Shown here: piece after piece, positions 28,034-38,672 of the stretch
How positions within the stretch are numbered: position 1 is the stretch's first letter
Layout: each line of letters opens with the position of its first letter
Assembly (NCBI GenBank): GCA_963674745.2
Contig: CAXXDV010000003.1
Span: 2,528,001 to 2,592,000, forward strand
From: Desulfosudaceae bacterium
GTDB taxonomy: Bacteria > Desulfobacterota > Desulfobacteria > Desulfobacterales > Desulfosudaceae
Direction: 5' to 3'
Length of the DNA stretch: 64,000 nucleotides
Notes under the pieces: model-generated
Told to the model about the DNA's origin: nothing
The model's input: only the letters and a program-made list of their open reading frames with translations
Database searches by the model: none
Program-made: the position numbers and the translations under genes

Positions 28034-29602
28034 ATGAACACATCCGGCCGAAAAAGCATTGAAGCACTGTCCATCGGCATCATCCTGGGCGTTGTCCTGG
28101 CCTGGTCCTCCAGAAGTTTTGGCCTGACCTGGGATGAAACCATTTATTTTCAGTATGCCGACACCATCCGCGACTGGTTTGTAAACAACCGCTCGTTTGA
28201 TGCCTCAGCACTGACGTCTTACTGGAATTACAGCAGCTACCATAACCCCCATCCGCCGTTCATGAAAATTGTCAACGCTTTTTCTTCGACCCTGTTTTCC
28301 GGCCACATCCCCTTTCCCGCCAGTTACCGCATGGGCAACACCATTTATATTGCCGCTTGTGTTGCCCTGTCCTGGCGGCTGCTCAGGTCCTCTTTTTCAG
28401 GGCTGATGACAGCCGCGGCCGTCTGTTTTATCTGCCTGCAACCCAGGGTATTCGGCCATTTGATGATCGCCGCCACCGATTCCCCGATAGCCATGAGCTG
28501 GCTGGTCTTGACGCTCATTGCCTGGCGGCTTGATCAAACGCCGGCACCCGCTCATCGACCGATCTTAAGGTTACTGCTGTTTGCCTTTCTGGGAATGGCC
28601 AGCGCCACCAAAATCACCGGTTTTATGGCCATCATACCGTTGGCCGCCTATTTTCTGTTTCAAAAAAATTTCCGCGAATTACGGTGGCTGTCGGCAGCAG
28701 CCCTGTTCGCTCTGTTTTTCGTACTGTTGAGCGCTCCCTATCAATGGGCCCATCCCCTGACCGCCATCGGTCATTACCTGTTTTACCCCTTTCTCCGCTC
28801 ACAACAAGCCATCAGTTCTTTTTATCTCGGCCGCGTGTATACGTTCTACCTGCCCTGGCACTATTTTTCCGTCATGACCTTCGCAACCTATCCGGTTATA
28901 TTGTGGGTATTGCTGAGCGGATTGATAAACGCCTGTCAGATAAAGGGGCACGGCCTCCTACCGGCCGTCCTCGTTCCCCTGGTATTCTGGCTGATCATTG
29001 TCCATTTACCGACAACCCCCAAACACGACGGAATTCGGCAGATGCTCTGTGTTTACCCCTTCCTCGGGCTACTCTCCTGGTTTGGCCTTATGGGCTGGCT
29101 GACCGCCCTGAGACAACGCCTGGACTTACGCCGGCAAGGGCTGTTGCAAATAATTGGCGTACCGGTTATTCTTATCTTACTGGTGGCCGGGGTTTATCGC
29201 AGCCACCCCTTTGAACTGAGTTATTACAACTGTCTGATCGGCGGTATCCGGGGGGCGGAGAAAAAAGGCTTTGAAATGACATACTACCTGGAAGCGGTTA
29301 CACCAAAGTTGCTCAAGCGCCTGAATCCCTGTCTGGATAAGGGTAAAACATTATGCATGATGCCCCCCTGGCCCCTGTTACTGGAACAGTATGCCCAACA
29401 CGGCGTGTTGACCGGAGACTTCTCCGTATCACGGCTCGGCAGCGGGAAAAAGATGGACTATCTGCTGATCCTGAGACGCAGGGGGTATGTAAATGACGCT
29501 TTATACAACGCCGTTGAGCCGCTGTTCGAAGTCACCCATAAAGGCGTGTCCCTGGTCAAGTTCTACGAATCACCCGGCCGGGATAAACTGCAGGAGAATT
29601 AA
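28034..29602 (+). CDS. GT-C fold membrane glycosyltransferase (ArnT/PMT-like)
   Basis: GLTWDE, HPPFMK, ATDSP, ATKITG, multiple TM helices, HPFELSYYN. Confidence 0.8.
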   Translation: MNTSGRKSIEALSIGIILGVVLAWSSRSFGLTWDETIYFQYADTIRDWFVNNRSFDASALTSYWNYSSYHNPHPPFMKIVNAFSSTLFSGHIPFPASYRMGNTIYIAACVALSWRLLRSSFSGLMTAAAVCFICLQPRVFGHLMIAATDSPIAMSWLVLTLIAWRLDQTPAPAHRPILRLLLFAFLGMASATKITGFMAIIPLAAYFLFQKNFRELRWLSAAALFALFFVLLSAPYQWAHPLTAIGHYLFYPFLRSQQAISSFYLGRVYTFYLPWHYFSVMTFATYPVILWVLLSGLINACQIKGHGLLPAVLVPLVFWLIIVHLPTTPKHDGIRQMLCVYPFLGLLSWFGLMGWLTALRQRLDLRRQGLLQIIGVPVILILLVAGVYRSHPFELSYYNCLIGGIRGAEKKGFEMTYYLEAVTPKLLKRLNPCLDKGKTLCMMPPWPLLLEQYAQHGVLTGDFSVSRLGSGKKMDYLLILRRRGYVNDALYNAVEPLFEVTHKGVSLVKFYESPGRDKLQEN

Positions 29603-29605
29603 CCC

Positions 29606-30595
29606 GTGGAAGACCCAAAAATTGCCATTGTCATTCCGCTTTATAATGACTGGGAAAATCTGCCCCCGCTTCTAGACCGCATCGATCAGTCCCTGTCCGG
29701 CCAACAGAGCACCGTCAGTATTTTCATCGTTGATGATTGTTCCACATCCGGCGCCGGGACGTTCCTTGACAATTGCCGTCAAAAAGACTTTTCGCATATC
29801 TCTCGCATTTTCAAGATCAGACTGAGCCGGAACATGGGCCACCAGGGGGCCATCGTGGTCGGTATCTGCCATGTCATCAAGAAAGCAATCGCGGACTGTA
29901 TCGTGATAATGGATGCCGACGGCGAAGACAGGCCGGAAGATATCGAAAAACTGCTGGAGAAGATGGAAAAGACCGGGCGCCGATCCCTTATTTTTGCCAG
30001 GCGGCGGAAACGGAAGGAAGGGGCCTGGTTCAAAACCATGTACTCGCTGTTTAAATTCCTGCACTATTTCTTAACCGGTCATCCCATGGATTTCGGTAAT
30101 TTCTCCGTCATTCCCGCAGCCATGGCGGAGTCGCTCATCTCCTTTCACGAAATGTGGAATCATTACCCGGCAACGGCGGTCAAGTCGAAGCTGCCGCTGG
30201 AAAAAGTTTCCTGTGACCGCGGCCGGCGAATTGACGGAAAGTCAAAAATGTCGGTTACCGCCCTTCTACTGCACGGCCTGGGGAGTATCGCCGTTTTCGC
30301 GCCGGAAGTAGGCACCCGCATGCTGCTGGTGTTCACCGGCTCCACCTTGCTGTTCATCGCCGGTATTTTCTGTATCTTCGGGATCCGGTTTTTCACGGAG
30401 CTGGCCATTCCGGGTTGGGCCACATACACCACCGGCATTTTAGGCCTGCTGATCTTTCAGTCATTGAGCCTTTCTCTGCTCTTTATCTTTTTCATCTTAA
30501 ACAGCAGAAACCCGTTTCAGTTCGTACCCAAGCAGAATTATCAACTCTTTATCGATGATGTCCACAAAGCCTGGGATCAACATGAAACCTTATAA
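29606..30595 (+). CDS. GT2 polyprenol-phosphate glycosyltransferase (GtrB/ArnC-like)
   Basis: IPLYND, VDDCS, SRNMGHQGAI, MDADGED, two C-terminal TM helices. Confidence 0.88.
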   Translation: MEDPKIAIVIPLYNDWENLPPLLDRIDQSLSGQQSTVSIFIVDDCSTSGAGTFLDNCRQKDFSHISRIFKIRLSRNMGHQGAIVVGICHVIKKAIADCIVIMDADGEDRPEDIEKLLEKMEKTGRRSLIFARRRKRKEGAWFKTMYSLFKFLHYFLTGHPMDFGNFSVIPAAMAESLISFHEMWNHYPATAVKSKLPLEKVSCDRGRRIDGKSKMSVTALLLHGLGSIAVFAPEVGTRMLLVFTGSTLLFIAGIFCIFGIRFFTELAIPGWATYTTGILGLLIFQSLSLSLLFIFFILNSRNPFQFVPKQNYQLFIDDVHKAWDQHETL

Positions 30596-31304
30596 GTACC
30601 AGGGGGCGGAGCTTGATGTTTTCAGCCTGGCGGTCAACTGGAAACAATACTGGGCAAATCTGATTTTGCCCTATATAAAAGGGCACGTTTTAGAAGTCGG
30701 GGCCGGGACCGGAAACAATACGGACGTGATTCAGACACTGTGCCGGGACCGGTTCAGCAACTGGACATGCCTCGAGCCGGACCATGACCAGATGGATCGC
30801 CTGAAGCAGACCATGATCGAGGGGCAGCCATCAACGCCGATCGACTTTTTTCAGGGGACCATCACTGACCTGCCCGTTTCTTCTGGCTATGATACGGTAT
30901 TATATATTGATGTACTTGAACATATCGCGGATGACCGCTCAGAAATTGAAAAGGCAACGGCATTGCTTTCGGCAAACGGCTGCCTGGTCGTTCTTTCACC
31001 GGCCCACGGGTTTCTCTACACGGCATTTGACCGCGAAATCGGCCATTTCCGTCGTTATACCGTCAGCGCCCTGAAACGACTGACGCCGCCGGGCCTGACG
31101 CCCGTTTTGGCCAGGTATATCGATTCCGCAGGCTTGCTCGTTTCTCTGGCCAATCGGTTACTGTTGCGGCAGTCTCTGCCCACGGCCCGACAGATCCGGA
31201 TATGGGACGGCATATTTGTCCCTGTGTCGCGCTGGCTGGATGCAATGACCATCGGCAAACTGGGCAAATCCGTCCTTGTCGTTTGGCAGAAAACGTGCCT
31301 ATAA
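30582..31304 (+). CDS. Class I SAM-dependent methyltransferase
   Basis: VLEVGAGTG, YIDVLEHI, DREIGHFRRY; overlaps the upstream gene. Confidence 0.88.
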   Translation: MKPYKYQGAELDVFSLAVNWKQYWANLILPYIKGHVLEVGAGTGNNTDVIQTLCRDRFSNWTCLEPDHDQMDRLKQTMIEGQPSTPIDFFQGTITDLPVSSGYDTVLYIDVLEHIADDRSEIEKATALLSANGCLVVLSPAHGFLYTAFDREIGHFRRYTVSALKRLTPPGLTPVLARYIDSAGLLVSLANRLLLRQSLPTARQIRIWDGIFVPVSRWLDAMTIGKLGKSVLVVWQKTCL

Positions 31305-31381
31305 ACAACCCGGAGGGAACATCGAAACCGATTAAAAGACTTTCCCGTATTGGCGTTTTAACCTGTTAAAAAAATATTCGC

Positions 31382-31579
31382 ATGGAACTGATCAAAACAG
31401 AAGAAAAACCGGCCGACTGCCGATCCTGCCGCCATTATTTCTTCCGGCCCGATGAGCGCTTATCCCATGGTTGCCTGGCCATGGACTACGTCGGAAAAAA
31501 TCCGGCCTTCGAAACGGTTCTCAATCCCGACGAAAGGCCCTGTCCCCTGTTTATCCCTGTCACAAGTGCACTGCCATGA
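31382..31579 (+). CDS. Small Cys-rich protein (CxxC...C...C), translationally coupled to queE
   Basis: DCRSCRHY...HGC...PCPLF; its stop overlaps the queE start (ATGA). Confidence 0.6.
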   Translation: MELIKTEEKPADCRSCRHYFFRPDERLSHGCLAMDYVGKNPAFETVLNPDERPCPLFIPVTSALP

Positions 31580-32214
31580 CCTTGAAAGTAAATGAAATAT
31601 TTTACAGCCTGCAAGGCGAATCGCTTTACGCCGGCCTGCCCTGCGTTTTCGTCCGGCTGACCGGTTGCAACCTCCGCTGCGCCTGGTGCGATACCCGTTA
31701 TGCCTATGAAGCAGGTCGGGACATGGCTCTGGCCGACATCATCGGCCGCGTCAACGAATATGGATGCCCGCTGGTGGAAATCACCGGTGGAGAGCCGCTT
31801 CTTCAGGATCAGACCCCGGCCCTGATCCATGAGCTGATAGACGGCGGATATCAGGTGATGCTGGAAACAAACGGCACCCGGGACATTTGCAACCTGCCCG
31901 AAGCATGTATCAGCATCGTCGATATCAAATGTCCCGCAAGTGGCGAGAACAACCGTCACCGACCGGACATCATACATCAATTGCGACCGGACGATCAGGT
32001 AAAATTCGTCATTTCCGATGAAACCGACTATTGTTTTGCTCGTGATTTCTCCCGGAACATTGAGAATTTACCCAGCGCTAACATTCTTTTCTCCCCGGTC
32101 AGCGGCGTGCTGCCGGCGGCCACACTGGCGGAATGGATCCTCAGGGATCAGCCTGGTGTCAGAATGCAGTTACAGTTGCATCAGATCATCTGGAAAGGAG
32201 AACGGGGCAAATGA
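31576..32214 (+). CDS. queE: 7-carboxy-7-deazaguanine synthase (radical SAM)
   Basis: [39 protein letters not shown]; adjacent to queC. Confidence 0.93.
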   Translation: MTLKVNEIFYSLQGESLYAGLPCVFVRLTGCNLRCAWCDTRYAYEAGRDMALADIIGRVNEYGCPLVEITGGEPLLQDQTPALIHELIDGGYQVMLETNGTRDICNLPEACISIVDIKCPASGENNRHRPDIIHQLRPDDQVKFVISDETDYCFARDFSRNIENLPSANILFSPVSGVLPAATLAEWILRDQPGVRMQLQLHQIIWKGERGK

Positions 32215-32900
32215 CGCAGCCGGGAAAAAAAGCGGTTGTTCTCTCCAGCGGTGGTGTCGATTCCACCACGGCCATGGCCATAGCGGCTTCTGAAGGCTAT
32301 CGCCTTTACAGCCTGAGCTTTGCCTATGGCCAACGTCACCGGGCGGAACTGGCAGCTGCCGACCGGGTCGCCGCCAGGATCGGCGTCAAAACGCACCTGG
32401 TCCTGGACATCGGGCTGGATAAAATCGGCGGGTCGGCATTGACGGACGACATTGAGGTCCCCAAATCCGGGCATACCGGCCCGGCGGAAATTCCCGTGAC
32501 CTACGTTCCGGCCCGTAATACCATTTTTCTCTCCTGCGCCCTGGCCTGGGCCGAAGTGGTCGGAGCCTTTGACATCTTTATCGGTGTCAATGCCGTTGAT
32601 TACAGCGGCTATCCGGACTGCCGCCCCGAGTTCATCGAAGCTTTCGAAAAAACGGCCAACCTGGCCACGCGGGCAGGTGTTGCCGGCAGCCGACCGTTTT
32701 CCGTAAAGACCCCGCTGATCCATATGACCAAAGCGGAGATCATCAAAACCGGTATCGCGTTGGGCGTTGACTATTCGATAACCTTAAGCTGTTACGACCC
32801 CTCGGCCGAGGGGCTGGCCTGCGGACAATGTGACAGCTGCCGCATCCGGAAAAAAGGATTTGCCGAAGCAAACGTTCCTGATCCCACCTGCTACGCCTGA
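32211..32900 (+). CDS. queC: 7-cyano-7-deazaguanine synthase
   Basis: [35 protein letters not shown]. Confidence 0.96.
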   Translation: MTQPGKKAVVLSSGGVDSTTAMAIAASEGYRLYSLSFAYGQRHRAELAAADRVAARIGVKTHLVLDIGLDKIGGSALTDDIEVPKSGHTGPAEIPVTYVPARNTIFLSCALAWAEVVGAFDIFIGVNAVDYSGYPDCRPEFIEAFEKTANLATRAGVAGSRPFSVKTPLIHMTKAEIIKTGIALGVDYSITLSCYDPSAEGLACGQCDSCRIRKKGFAEANVPDPTCYA

Positions 32901-34123
32901 GCGATCGCCTTGATCCTGTCCATAACCGGCGGATGTGAATAATGGAGCATCACATAAAAAGGATGCGGCGTCAGGTTGGACAGGTTGTCCCGACTGAGCC
33001 GCTTTAAAGCCGATACCATGAGTTCGGGTTTTTTCGTGGTCTCGACCGCGAAACGATCGGCCTCGTATTCATGGCGGCGGGAAACACAAAGAACGGCCAG
33101 GCCGACCACAAAATCAATCACCCCGTAAAGCAGGCTGAAAAAGACCAGGCCCGCGTATACCGACGGCTGATTCACAAAAAAGGCTTCAAAAAGGGGCGGC
33201 CAGGCGATGAACCAGGATAACAGGTAGAACATGACGCCGGCCTGTAAAATCGTCAATGCGGACATCTTCAGCAGGTGACGTTTTTTATAATGCCCGATTT
33301 CATGGGCCACAATCGCGACGATTTCATTCGGGGGGTGCTGGTCGATGAGGGTGTCAAACAGGACCAGGCGTTTTTTCTCACCCAGGCCGGCAAAAAAAGC
33401 GTTGGATTTGGCGCTTCGCCGGGAACCGTCCATAACGAACACATTGACCAGGGGAAACCGGTTTTCCCTGGCGTAAGACATAACCATCTCTTTTAACTCC
33501 CCTTCATCCAGAGGGACAAATCGGTTAAACAGGGGCATGATCCAGGCCGGTACAATGACCTGCATGACCAGCATAAAAGCGGAAAGCGCCATCCAGCAGC
33601 ACAACCAGGCATGGCTGCCGGCATACTCAAAAAAAGCCAAGACACCGGCCAGCAGTGGCATACCCAGCACGATGGCCAGGCCGACCACTTTCAATCGGTC
33701 AAGAACAAACAGACGCGGCGTGGTTCGGTTGAACCCGTAGCGGCCTTCCACCACAAACGTTCCGTACCAGGAAAAGGGAAGGCTGATCATCCCCCCGGCA
33801 GCCAGCAGTATGCCAATATAAACAATACCCGACCAGATCGGGGAAAGCTCCCGGGCGCGAACCCATTCGTCCAGAAGCCCGAACCCGCCACACAACCAGA
33901 AAACAAGAAAAACAGCCAGGTCCACCAATGCCGAAAACCGCCCCAGACGGGTCTTGGAACGCAAATAGTTCTGAGATTCAGAATACTTATCAGATTCATA
34001 GACGCCCACAAAACTTTCCGGCAGTTCTTCGGAAAGGGCTGACAGATTCAGATGGTCCGCCAGCCAGTCAACCAGAAAATGAACCAGTACAGCAACCAGA
34101 ATAAAAACAAAAATGATATTCAT
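32891..34123 (-). CDS. M48 family (Ste24-like) membrane zinc metallopeptidase
   Basis: [30 protein letters not shown]. Confidence 0.93.
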   Translation of the reverse strand: MNIIFVFILVAVLVHFLVDWLADHLNLSALSEELPESFVGVYESDKYSESQNYLRSKTRLGRFSALVDLAVFLVFWLCGGFGLLDEWVRARELSPIWSGIVYIGILLAAGGMISLPFSWYGTFVVEGRYGFNRTTPRLFVLDRLKVVGLAIVLGMPLLAGVLAFFEYAGSHAWLCCWMALSAFMLVMQVIVPAWIMPLFNRFVPLDEGELKEMVMSYARENRFPLVNVFVMDGSRRSAKSNAFFAGLGEKKRLVLFDTLIDQHPPNEIVAIVAHEIGHYKKRHLLKMSALTILQAGVMFYLLSWFIAWPPLFEAFFVNQPSVYAGLVFFSLLYGVIDFVVGLAVLCVSRRHEYEADRFAVETTKKPELMVSALKRLSRDNLSNLTPHPFYVMLHYSHPPVMDRIKAIAQA

Positions 34124-34339
34124 TTAAACACTTTTTAATCCCGGGCATTTTATACCGGCTCCCTCCGGCATGCCTGATTTACGGTTTTAATCCCCGGCAT
34201 GATATGTGTTCATACCGATATTTGGCAATCGGGTTCCCATTTTTGTCATCCTATACAGTCGGCCCCGCCTTGTCAATTCAGACTTAAAATATATGTTTTT
34301 TAAGCAGGTTAAAACATCATGAAAAATTATATTGCCAAA

Positions 34340-34492
34340 TGTCTCATCAAAACGAGACAAAAAAAATGAAATTGTATCAAAAAAGATTAATAGTAGCCCT
34401 GCGTTTAAATTCTATCTCAACAAAAAAAATATAAACATATCAAATATTTAAAATAAATAAACGGCTGCGGGGAAAACGGCACGGTTTTTGTA
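34340..34492 (+). promoter_or_regulatory. sigma54 promoter with UAS palindrome and IHF site
   Basis: TGTCTCA-N6-CGAGACA (34340-34359), IHF consensus TATCAA-ATAT-TTA (34438-34450), CGGCAC-GGTTT-TTGTA (34477-34492). Confidence 0.65.
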
Positions 34493-34613
34493 TCTAGTTT
34501 CTATGTAGACCCGACGATGAACAGACATGTTGAAGTTTTGGTTGGGGGAGTTATCATGGCTGATTTAACCTGTCGGATTTGTTGATAACTTCAAGGACGA
34601 AAAGGAGGCGATC

Positions 34614-35207
34614 ATGTTTTTTAAACAGATTCTGATGGATGATTCCGGCGCCCTTTCGTACATCATCGGGTGCCCGCGGGAAAAGACCGCCTGCGTTGTT
34701 AACCCCAAAAAAGATATCAGTGAATATCTGGATTCAGTTGCTGCCCACGGGATGAAAATTACAACGATTTTTGAAACCGCCGGTTATGCAAAAAACAAAA
34801 GCGGACAAAAAGAATTGTCTGCCCTGACCGGCGCGCCTGTGTATTTTCTTGAAAAAAAAGAAAAGCATGGCGGAAAGCTGGCTCAGGCCGGATCAACATT
34901 CGATTTTGGCGATGCTGAAATCCGTATTGTCAATTCACCACAATACAATGCCTTTTCGTCCTCTGTTCTTGTCATCGACCGTAAGAACCAGGACAAACCC
35001 TGGCTGGTCCTGACACGGCGCTGCCTGTATACCGACAACCTGTCTTCCGAACTTTCGGGCAAAGAACTGGCCAACCGGGTGATGGATTATGTTGATTTTT
35101 ACGAGGCGGAATCAGGGGACGGGCTGACGGACAATCTCGCCTCGTTGAGCCGGAACATTTTCAATACCAGCCGAACGGAAATCGCAAAAATGTCGTTGCC
35201 GGCATAA
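34614..35207 (+). CDS. Degenerate metallo-beta-lactamase-fold protein (persulfide dioxygenase/glyoxalase II-like N-terminus, no metal ligands)
   Basis: MFFKQI...LSYIIGC...ACVVNP...KITTIFETAGYAKNKSG where the family has ETHxHADHxSG; strong AGGAGG RBS. Confidence 0.65.
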   Translation: MFFKQILMDDSGALSYIIGCPREKTACVVNPKKDISEYLDSVAAHGMKITTIFETAGYAKNKSGQKELSALTGAPVYFLEKKEKHGGKLAQAGSTFDFGDAEIRIVNSPQYNAFSSSVLVIDRKNQDKPWLVLTRRCLYTDNLSSELSGKELANRVMDYVDFYEAESGDGLTDNLASLSRNIFNTSRTEIAKMSLPA

Positions 35208-35613
35208 GCGATCAAGCCGTTCATTATACAGGTCACGACAACACCTCTTGCGGCGTCGGGGCGAGTTTAAAAATATGCCCCGACGCTGTTCGTAAAATTT
35301 CGCTTGCCTTTTAAAGAAAAACATGACAGCTTGCCAATAGTTGTTGCTCAGCTTTCCAGATCTTTATCATAAATTTATACGAAACCTCACTTTCGCTGAA
35401 AGCATAAGGGACATCTGAAAACGGATCTTCAGAAAACCGTTTTCAAAATTTACAAGTGTCATCTTACCTGTCATTTTTTTGCGCGCCAGACACTTTATCA
35501 TACAGACCGGCTTAACACCCGGGGTTGTTCAGAACATATATGAACCAGTCGAGACCGCTGAAGAAAGAGCATACGGTCTGTCGTCTTACAGAATTGAGAC
35601 CTTATTTTAAAAT

Positions 35614-37032
35614 ATGAATATCGGTATTATTCATTACCATCTCAAACCGGGCGGTGTAACCACCGTTATTAACCAGCATATCCGGGCGACCCGGGATCAA
35701 AATGATTTCCTGATTATTACCGGTGAAAATCCGCCCGATGGCCAGGCACCGGCTTCCGTCTGTGTTATTCCCGAGATCGGTTATGATCACCGTGACGGCC
35801 GGCCGGCCTGCCAGGATCCGGAGGCAACCGCCGATGCCGTCATCAGCCGCCTGAAAGAAAGATGGGACCGGGGTTGTGATGTACTGCACATTCACAACCC
35901 CCTGCTGGCCAAAAACGCCCGGTTTTTAAAAACCATCAAAGCCCTGGCAGCCAAAGGCCAGCGCCTGCTGCTGCAGATACATGATTTTGCCGAAAACGGC
36001 CGGCCGGGAAGCTATTATGCGGATGAGACATATCCTGAGAATTGTCATCTGGCGGTTATCAACACCCGGGACAGGTATATTTTAATTGATGTCGGTGCCA
36101 GGCCCGAAGGGGTGCATTATATCGCCAATGCAGTCAGCACCTTGCCGGGACCCGAACAGATGCCGGATCCGGAAGCGGTCGTCCTTTATCCGGTTCGTGC
36201 CATCCGTCGTAAAAACATCGGCGAAGCCATATTGTTGTCCATGTTCTTTGAAAACAGGGAGGCCCTGGCGATTACGCTGCCGCCCAACAGCCCGGTCGAC
36301 TTTCCACCTTACAACGGCTGGCGGTCTTTTTGCAAAGCCAACGGGATCAATGTCCTTTTTGAGGCCTCATCCCGGCACTCCTTCCCGGAATGGGTTGCCG
36401 CCTGCCGGGGAATGATTTCAACCAGCATTACGGAAGGATTCGGGTTCGCCTTTTTAGAGCCCTGGACGGCTGAAAAGCCATTGTCCGGCCGGAAACTCCC
36501 CGACCTGTGCGCGGATTTCGAAGCCGCCGGCATGGGGCTTGATCACCTCTACTCCCGACTGGCAGTGCCTTGTGAATGGCTGGACAGGCCGGTTTTAAAA
36601 GAAAAAATCCGTCGGGCCGTGGCCGCCGGCCACCACGCCTATGGCCTGCCGCCGGCCGGCAATACCATGGCGGACTTTCTGGCCCTGGCCGACCGGGAAA
36701 CGATTGATTTCGGCATGCTGGATGAAACACTCCAGAAACAGGTCATTGCCCGGGTACTTAAGTCACCGGCGGACAGGCAGCGGTTGATCCTGGAAAACCC
36801 CTTTCTGGAACACTTCGGGCATTCGGTCAAACCGGAAGCAATCGCCCGTAACAACCGGGTGATCCGTGAAAAATTCAATGAAAAAAGGTGCGGTGAACAG
36901 TTGATGGCCGCCTACCGGCGGACTGTTGCCGAACCGGTTTCACACCGCCTTGACCAAAAACGATTGTTGTCCCGGTTTTTCAATCCCGATTATTTCAGCC
37001 TGCTTCAATGGGGAGAATATGAAAACGATTGA
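35614..37032 (+). CDS. GT4-like (GT-B) glycosyltransferase
   Basis: HYHLKPGGVTTVI, HDFAE, YPVRAIRRKNIGE, EGFGFAFLEPW. Confidence 0.8.
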   Translation: MNIGIIHYHLKPGGVTTVINQHIRATRDQNDFLIITGENPPDGQAPASVCVIPEIGYDHRDGRPACQDPEATADAVISRLKERWDRGCDVLHIHNPLLAKNARFLKTIKALAAKGQRLLLQIHDFAENGRPGSYYADETYPENCHLAVINTRDRYILIDVGARPEGVHYIANAVSTLPGPEQMPDPEAVVLYPVRAIRRKNIGEAILLSMFFENREALAITLPPNSPVDFPPYNGWRSFCKANGINVLFEASSRHSFPEWVAACRGMISTSITEGFGFAFLEPWTAEKPLSGRKLPDLCADFEAAGMGLDHLYSRLAVPCEWLDRPVLKEKIRRAVAAGHHAYGLPPAGNTMADFLALADRETIDFGMLDETLQKQVIARVLKSPADRQRLILENPFLEHFGHSVKPEAIARNNRVIREKFNEKRCGEQLMAAYRRTVAEPVSHRLDQKRLLSRFFNPDYFSLLQWGEYEND

Positions 37033-37864
37033 CAGCCGCATCGCCGACCGTGTCGTGCCACTCACACCCCTTGATACCGGCCTTGAACCGAGCGGAATTC
37101 TGCCCGAAAAGCCTGACGCGTTTCTATTTGATGTGTACGGTACACTGCTGATCAGCGCCTCGGGAGACATTTCCGTCGGCAACGATGCCAAAACGCCTTT
37201 CCGTTCGCTGGCCGTGTTGCTGAACCAGTATTCCGTGCCCGGACAACCCGAAGACTTGTGCCGGTCGTTGCGAAAAGAGATTGTGGCCACCCACGAACGA
37301 ATGAAAAAACAGGGAGTTGATTATCCTGAAGTTGAAATAGACCGCGTCTGGCAGGCTGTTCTGGGTACCGATGATCGGGATCTGGCAAGACAATTTGCGC
37401 TGGAATTTGAAATGGCCGTAAACCCGGTTTACCCGATGCCCGACGCGGCATCGATTTTAATCGCCCTTCGCAAAAAAAATATCCCGGCCGGTATTATTTC
37501 CAATGCCCAGTTTTATACCGGCCATTTATTTAAACTGTTTTTCGGCGACCTGCCCCAGGATTCATGGGCCGATCCGGAATTGATTTTTTATTCATTTGAA
37601 CATGGACATGCCAAGCCCTCGGCTTACCTCTTTAAGCAGGCGGCCGACGTCCTCGGCAAAAAAAAGATCGCTATTTCAAAGACGCTGTATGTGGGTAATG
37701 ATATGATTAAAGACATCGCCCCGGCAGCCGCCCTGGGCTTTAAAACCGCTCTTTTTGCCGGTGATGCCCGGTCTCTGCGACTGGGGAAAAAAAACCCGGG
37801 CGGTTCAGGCCCAAAACCCGACCTGGTGATAACGGCCCTTGATCAGCTGGCGCCTTATATATAA
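37019..37864 (+). CDS. HAD-superfamily hydrolase
   Basis: FDVYGTL, ISNAQ, KPS, VGNDMIKD; overlaps the GT stop. Confidence 0.88.
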   Translation: MKTIDSRIADRVVPLTPLDTGLEPSGILPEKPDAFLFDVYGTLLISASGDISVGNDAKTPFRSLAVLLNQYSVPGQPEDLCRSLRKEIVATHERMKKQGVDYPEVEIDRVWQAVLGTDDRDLARQFALEFEMAVNPVYPMPDAASILIALRKKNIPAGIISNAQFYTGHLFKLFFGDLPQDSWADPELIFYSFEHGHAKPSAYLFKQAADVLGKKKIAISKTLYVGNDMIKDIAPAAALGFKTALFAGDARSLRLGKKNPGGSGPKPDLVITALDQLAPYI

Positions 37865-37996
37865 AACCATTGTAAAAATAAGGAAACATGATGTACTCGT
37901 AAAAGGTTAAACTTGGGATGAAAATAAACGGAATGCCAGACGATTTCTGGCAAAAATAAATTAATCATGATATGTTAATGATTAAATCACAAAATT

Positions 37997-38512
37997 ATGG
38001 AGGCACAACCAATGAGTGAATTTTTAAAAAACCTGCGCAGTAATCAGGGCTATAACCAGAAACAGTACGATGCCAAATACAAGGGGCAGCAGCAAAATCG
38101 CAACAAGGGCGGCGGCGGCAAACAGCAACAGCAGCAGACAGCCGACATTCCGCCTTACTTGAAAGCGCTTTTTGATGACCTGGCCCCGGCCATCAAAAAT
38201 TATCTGAATCAGGCGGCGGAAAGCCAGGCGCGGGTGGCGGCCGCCCATGAAAAAAACGCCCAGGCCATTGAAAAAATGATGGAAGCCCTGCCGGAACTGA
38301 TCCAGCAGGCGCCCTTGAGAAGGGAACCGCGCAAAAGAAAAATCAGCGCCCGCAAGCAGGAACTGCTGGACCTGATCAAAAAGCTGCGTGATGAAAACAT
38401 GACCTATGAAGAAGTCGCCGCCTACCTGGAAAAAAACAAAATACCCACATTTTCCGGGCGCGGTCGCTGGCACGCCCAGACCATTCACCGCCTGTACATG
38501 TATTATCCCTAA
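37997..38512 (+). CDS. Hypothetical protein with Gln-rich N-terminus and C-terminal recombinase-type DNA-binding motif
   Basis: YEEVAAYLEKNKIPTFSGRGRWHAQTIHRL; the start may be ATG 38012 after GGAGG. Confidence 0.65.
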   Translation: MEAQPMSEFLKNLRSNQGYNQKQYDAKYKGQQQNRNKGGGGKQQQQQTADIPPYLKALFDDLAPAIKNYLNQAAESQARVAAAHEKNAQAIEKMMEALPELIQQAPLRREPRKRKISARKQELLDLIKKLRDENMTYEEVAAYLEKNKIPTFSGRGRWHAQTIHRLYMYYP

Positions 38513-38600
38513 TCATCTTCCTGTTTGCCATCCTGTTGACGCCACAAACCGGATCATGTGCTGTATGCGTTGCTGATACGGATACCCCATCGTTCATGCC

Positions 38601-38641
38601 AAAAAAAAGACTTTCCCGGACAAACGGTCCGGGAAAGTCTT
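38601..38641 (-). terminator. Intrinsic terminator of the pilin operon (possibly bidirectional)
   Basis: 15-bp stem AAGACTTTCCCGGAC/GTCCGGGAAAGTCTT with A8 on the left. Confidence 0.85.
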
Positions 38642-38672
38642 CAAAGAAGGCATGTTTCTGTTGTTTATCAAT

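Noticed and set aside
31305..31381. preQ1 riboswitch upstream of queE-queC
   Set aside because: An A-rich tail is present, but I could not find a convincing P1 stem or loop consensus.
31576..32900. queE-queC as part of a 7-deazaguanine DNA-modification (dpd) defence island
   Set aside because: No dpdA/tgt-like or other dpd genes are nearby and the context is housekeeping.
35210..35610. ncRNA (6S or riboswitch) in the 400-bp intergenic region
   Set aside because: Only short pairings (CAGACCG/CGGTCTG) are visible and no family consensus was recognised; an Rfam search would be needed.
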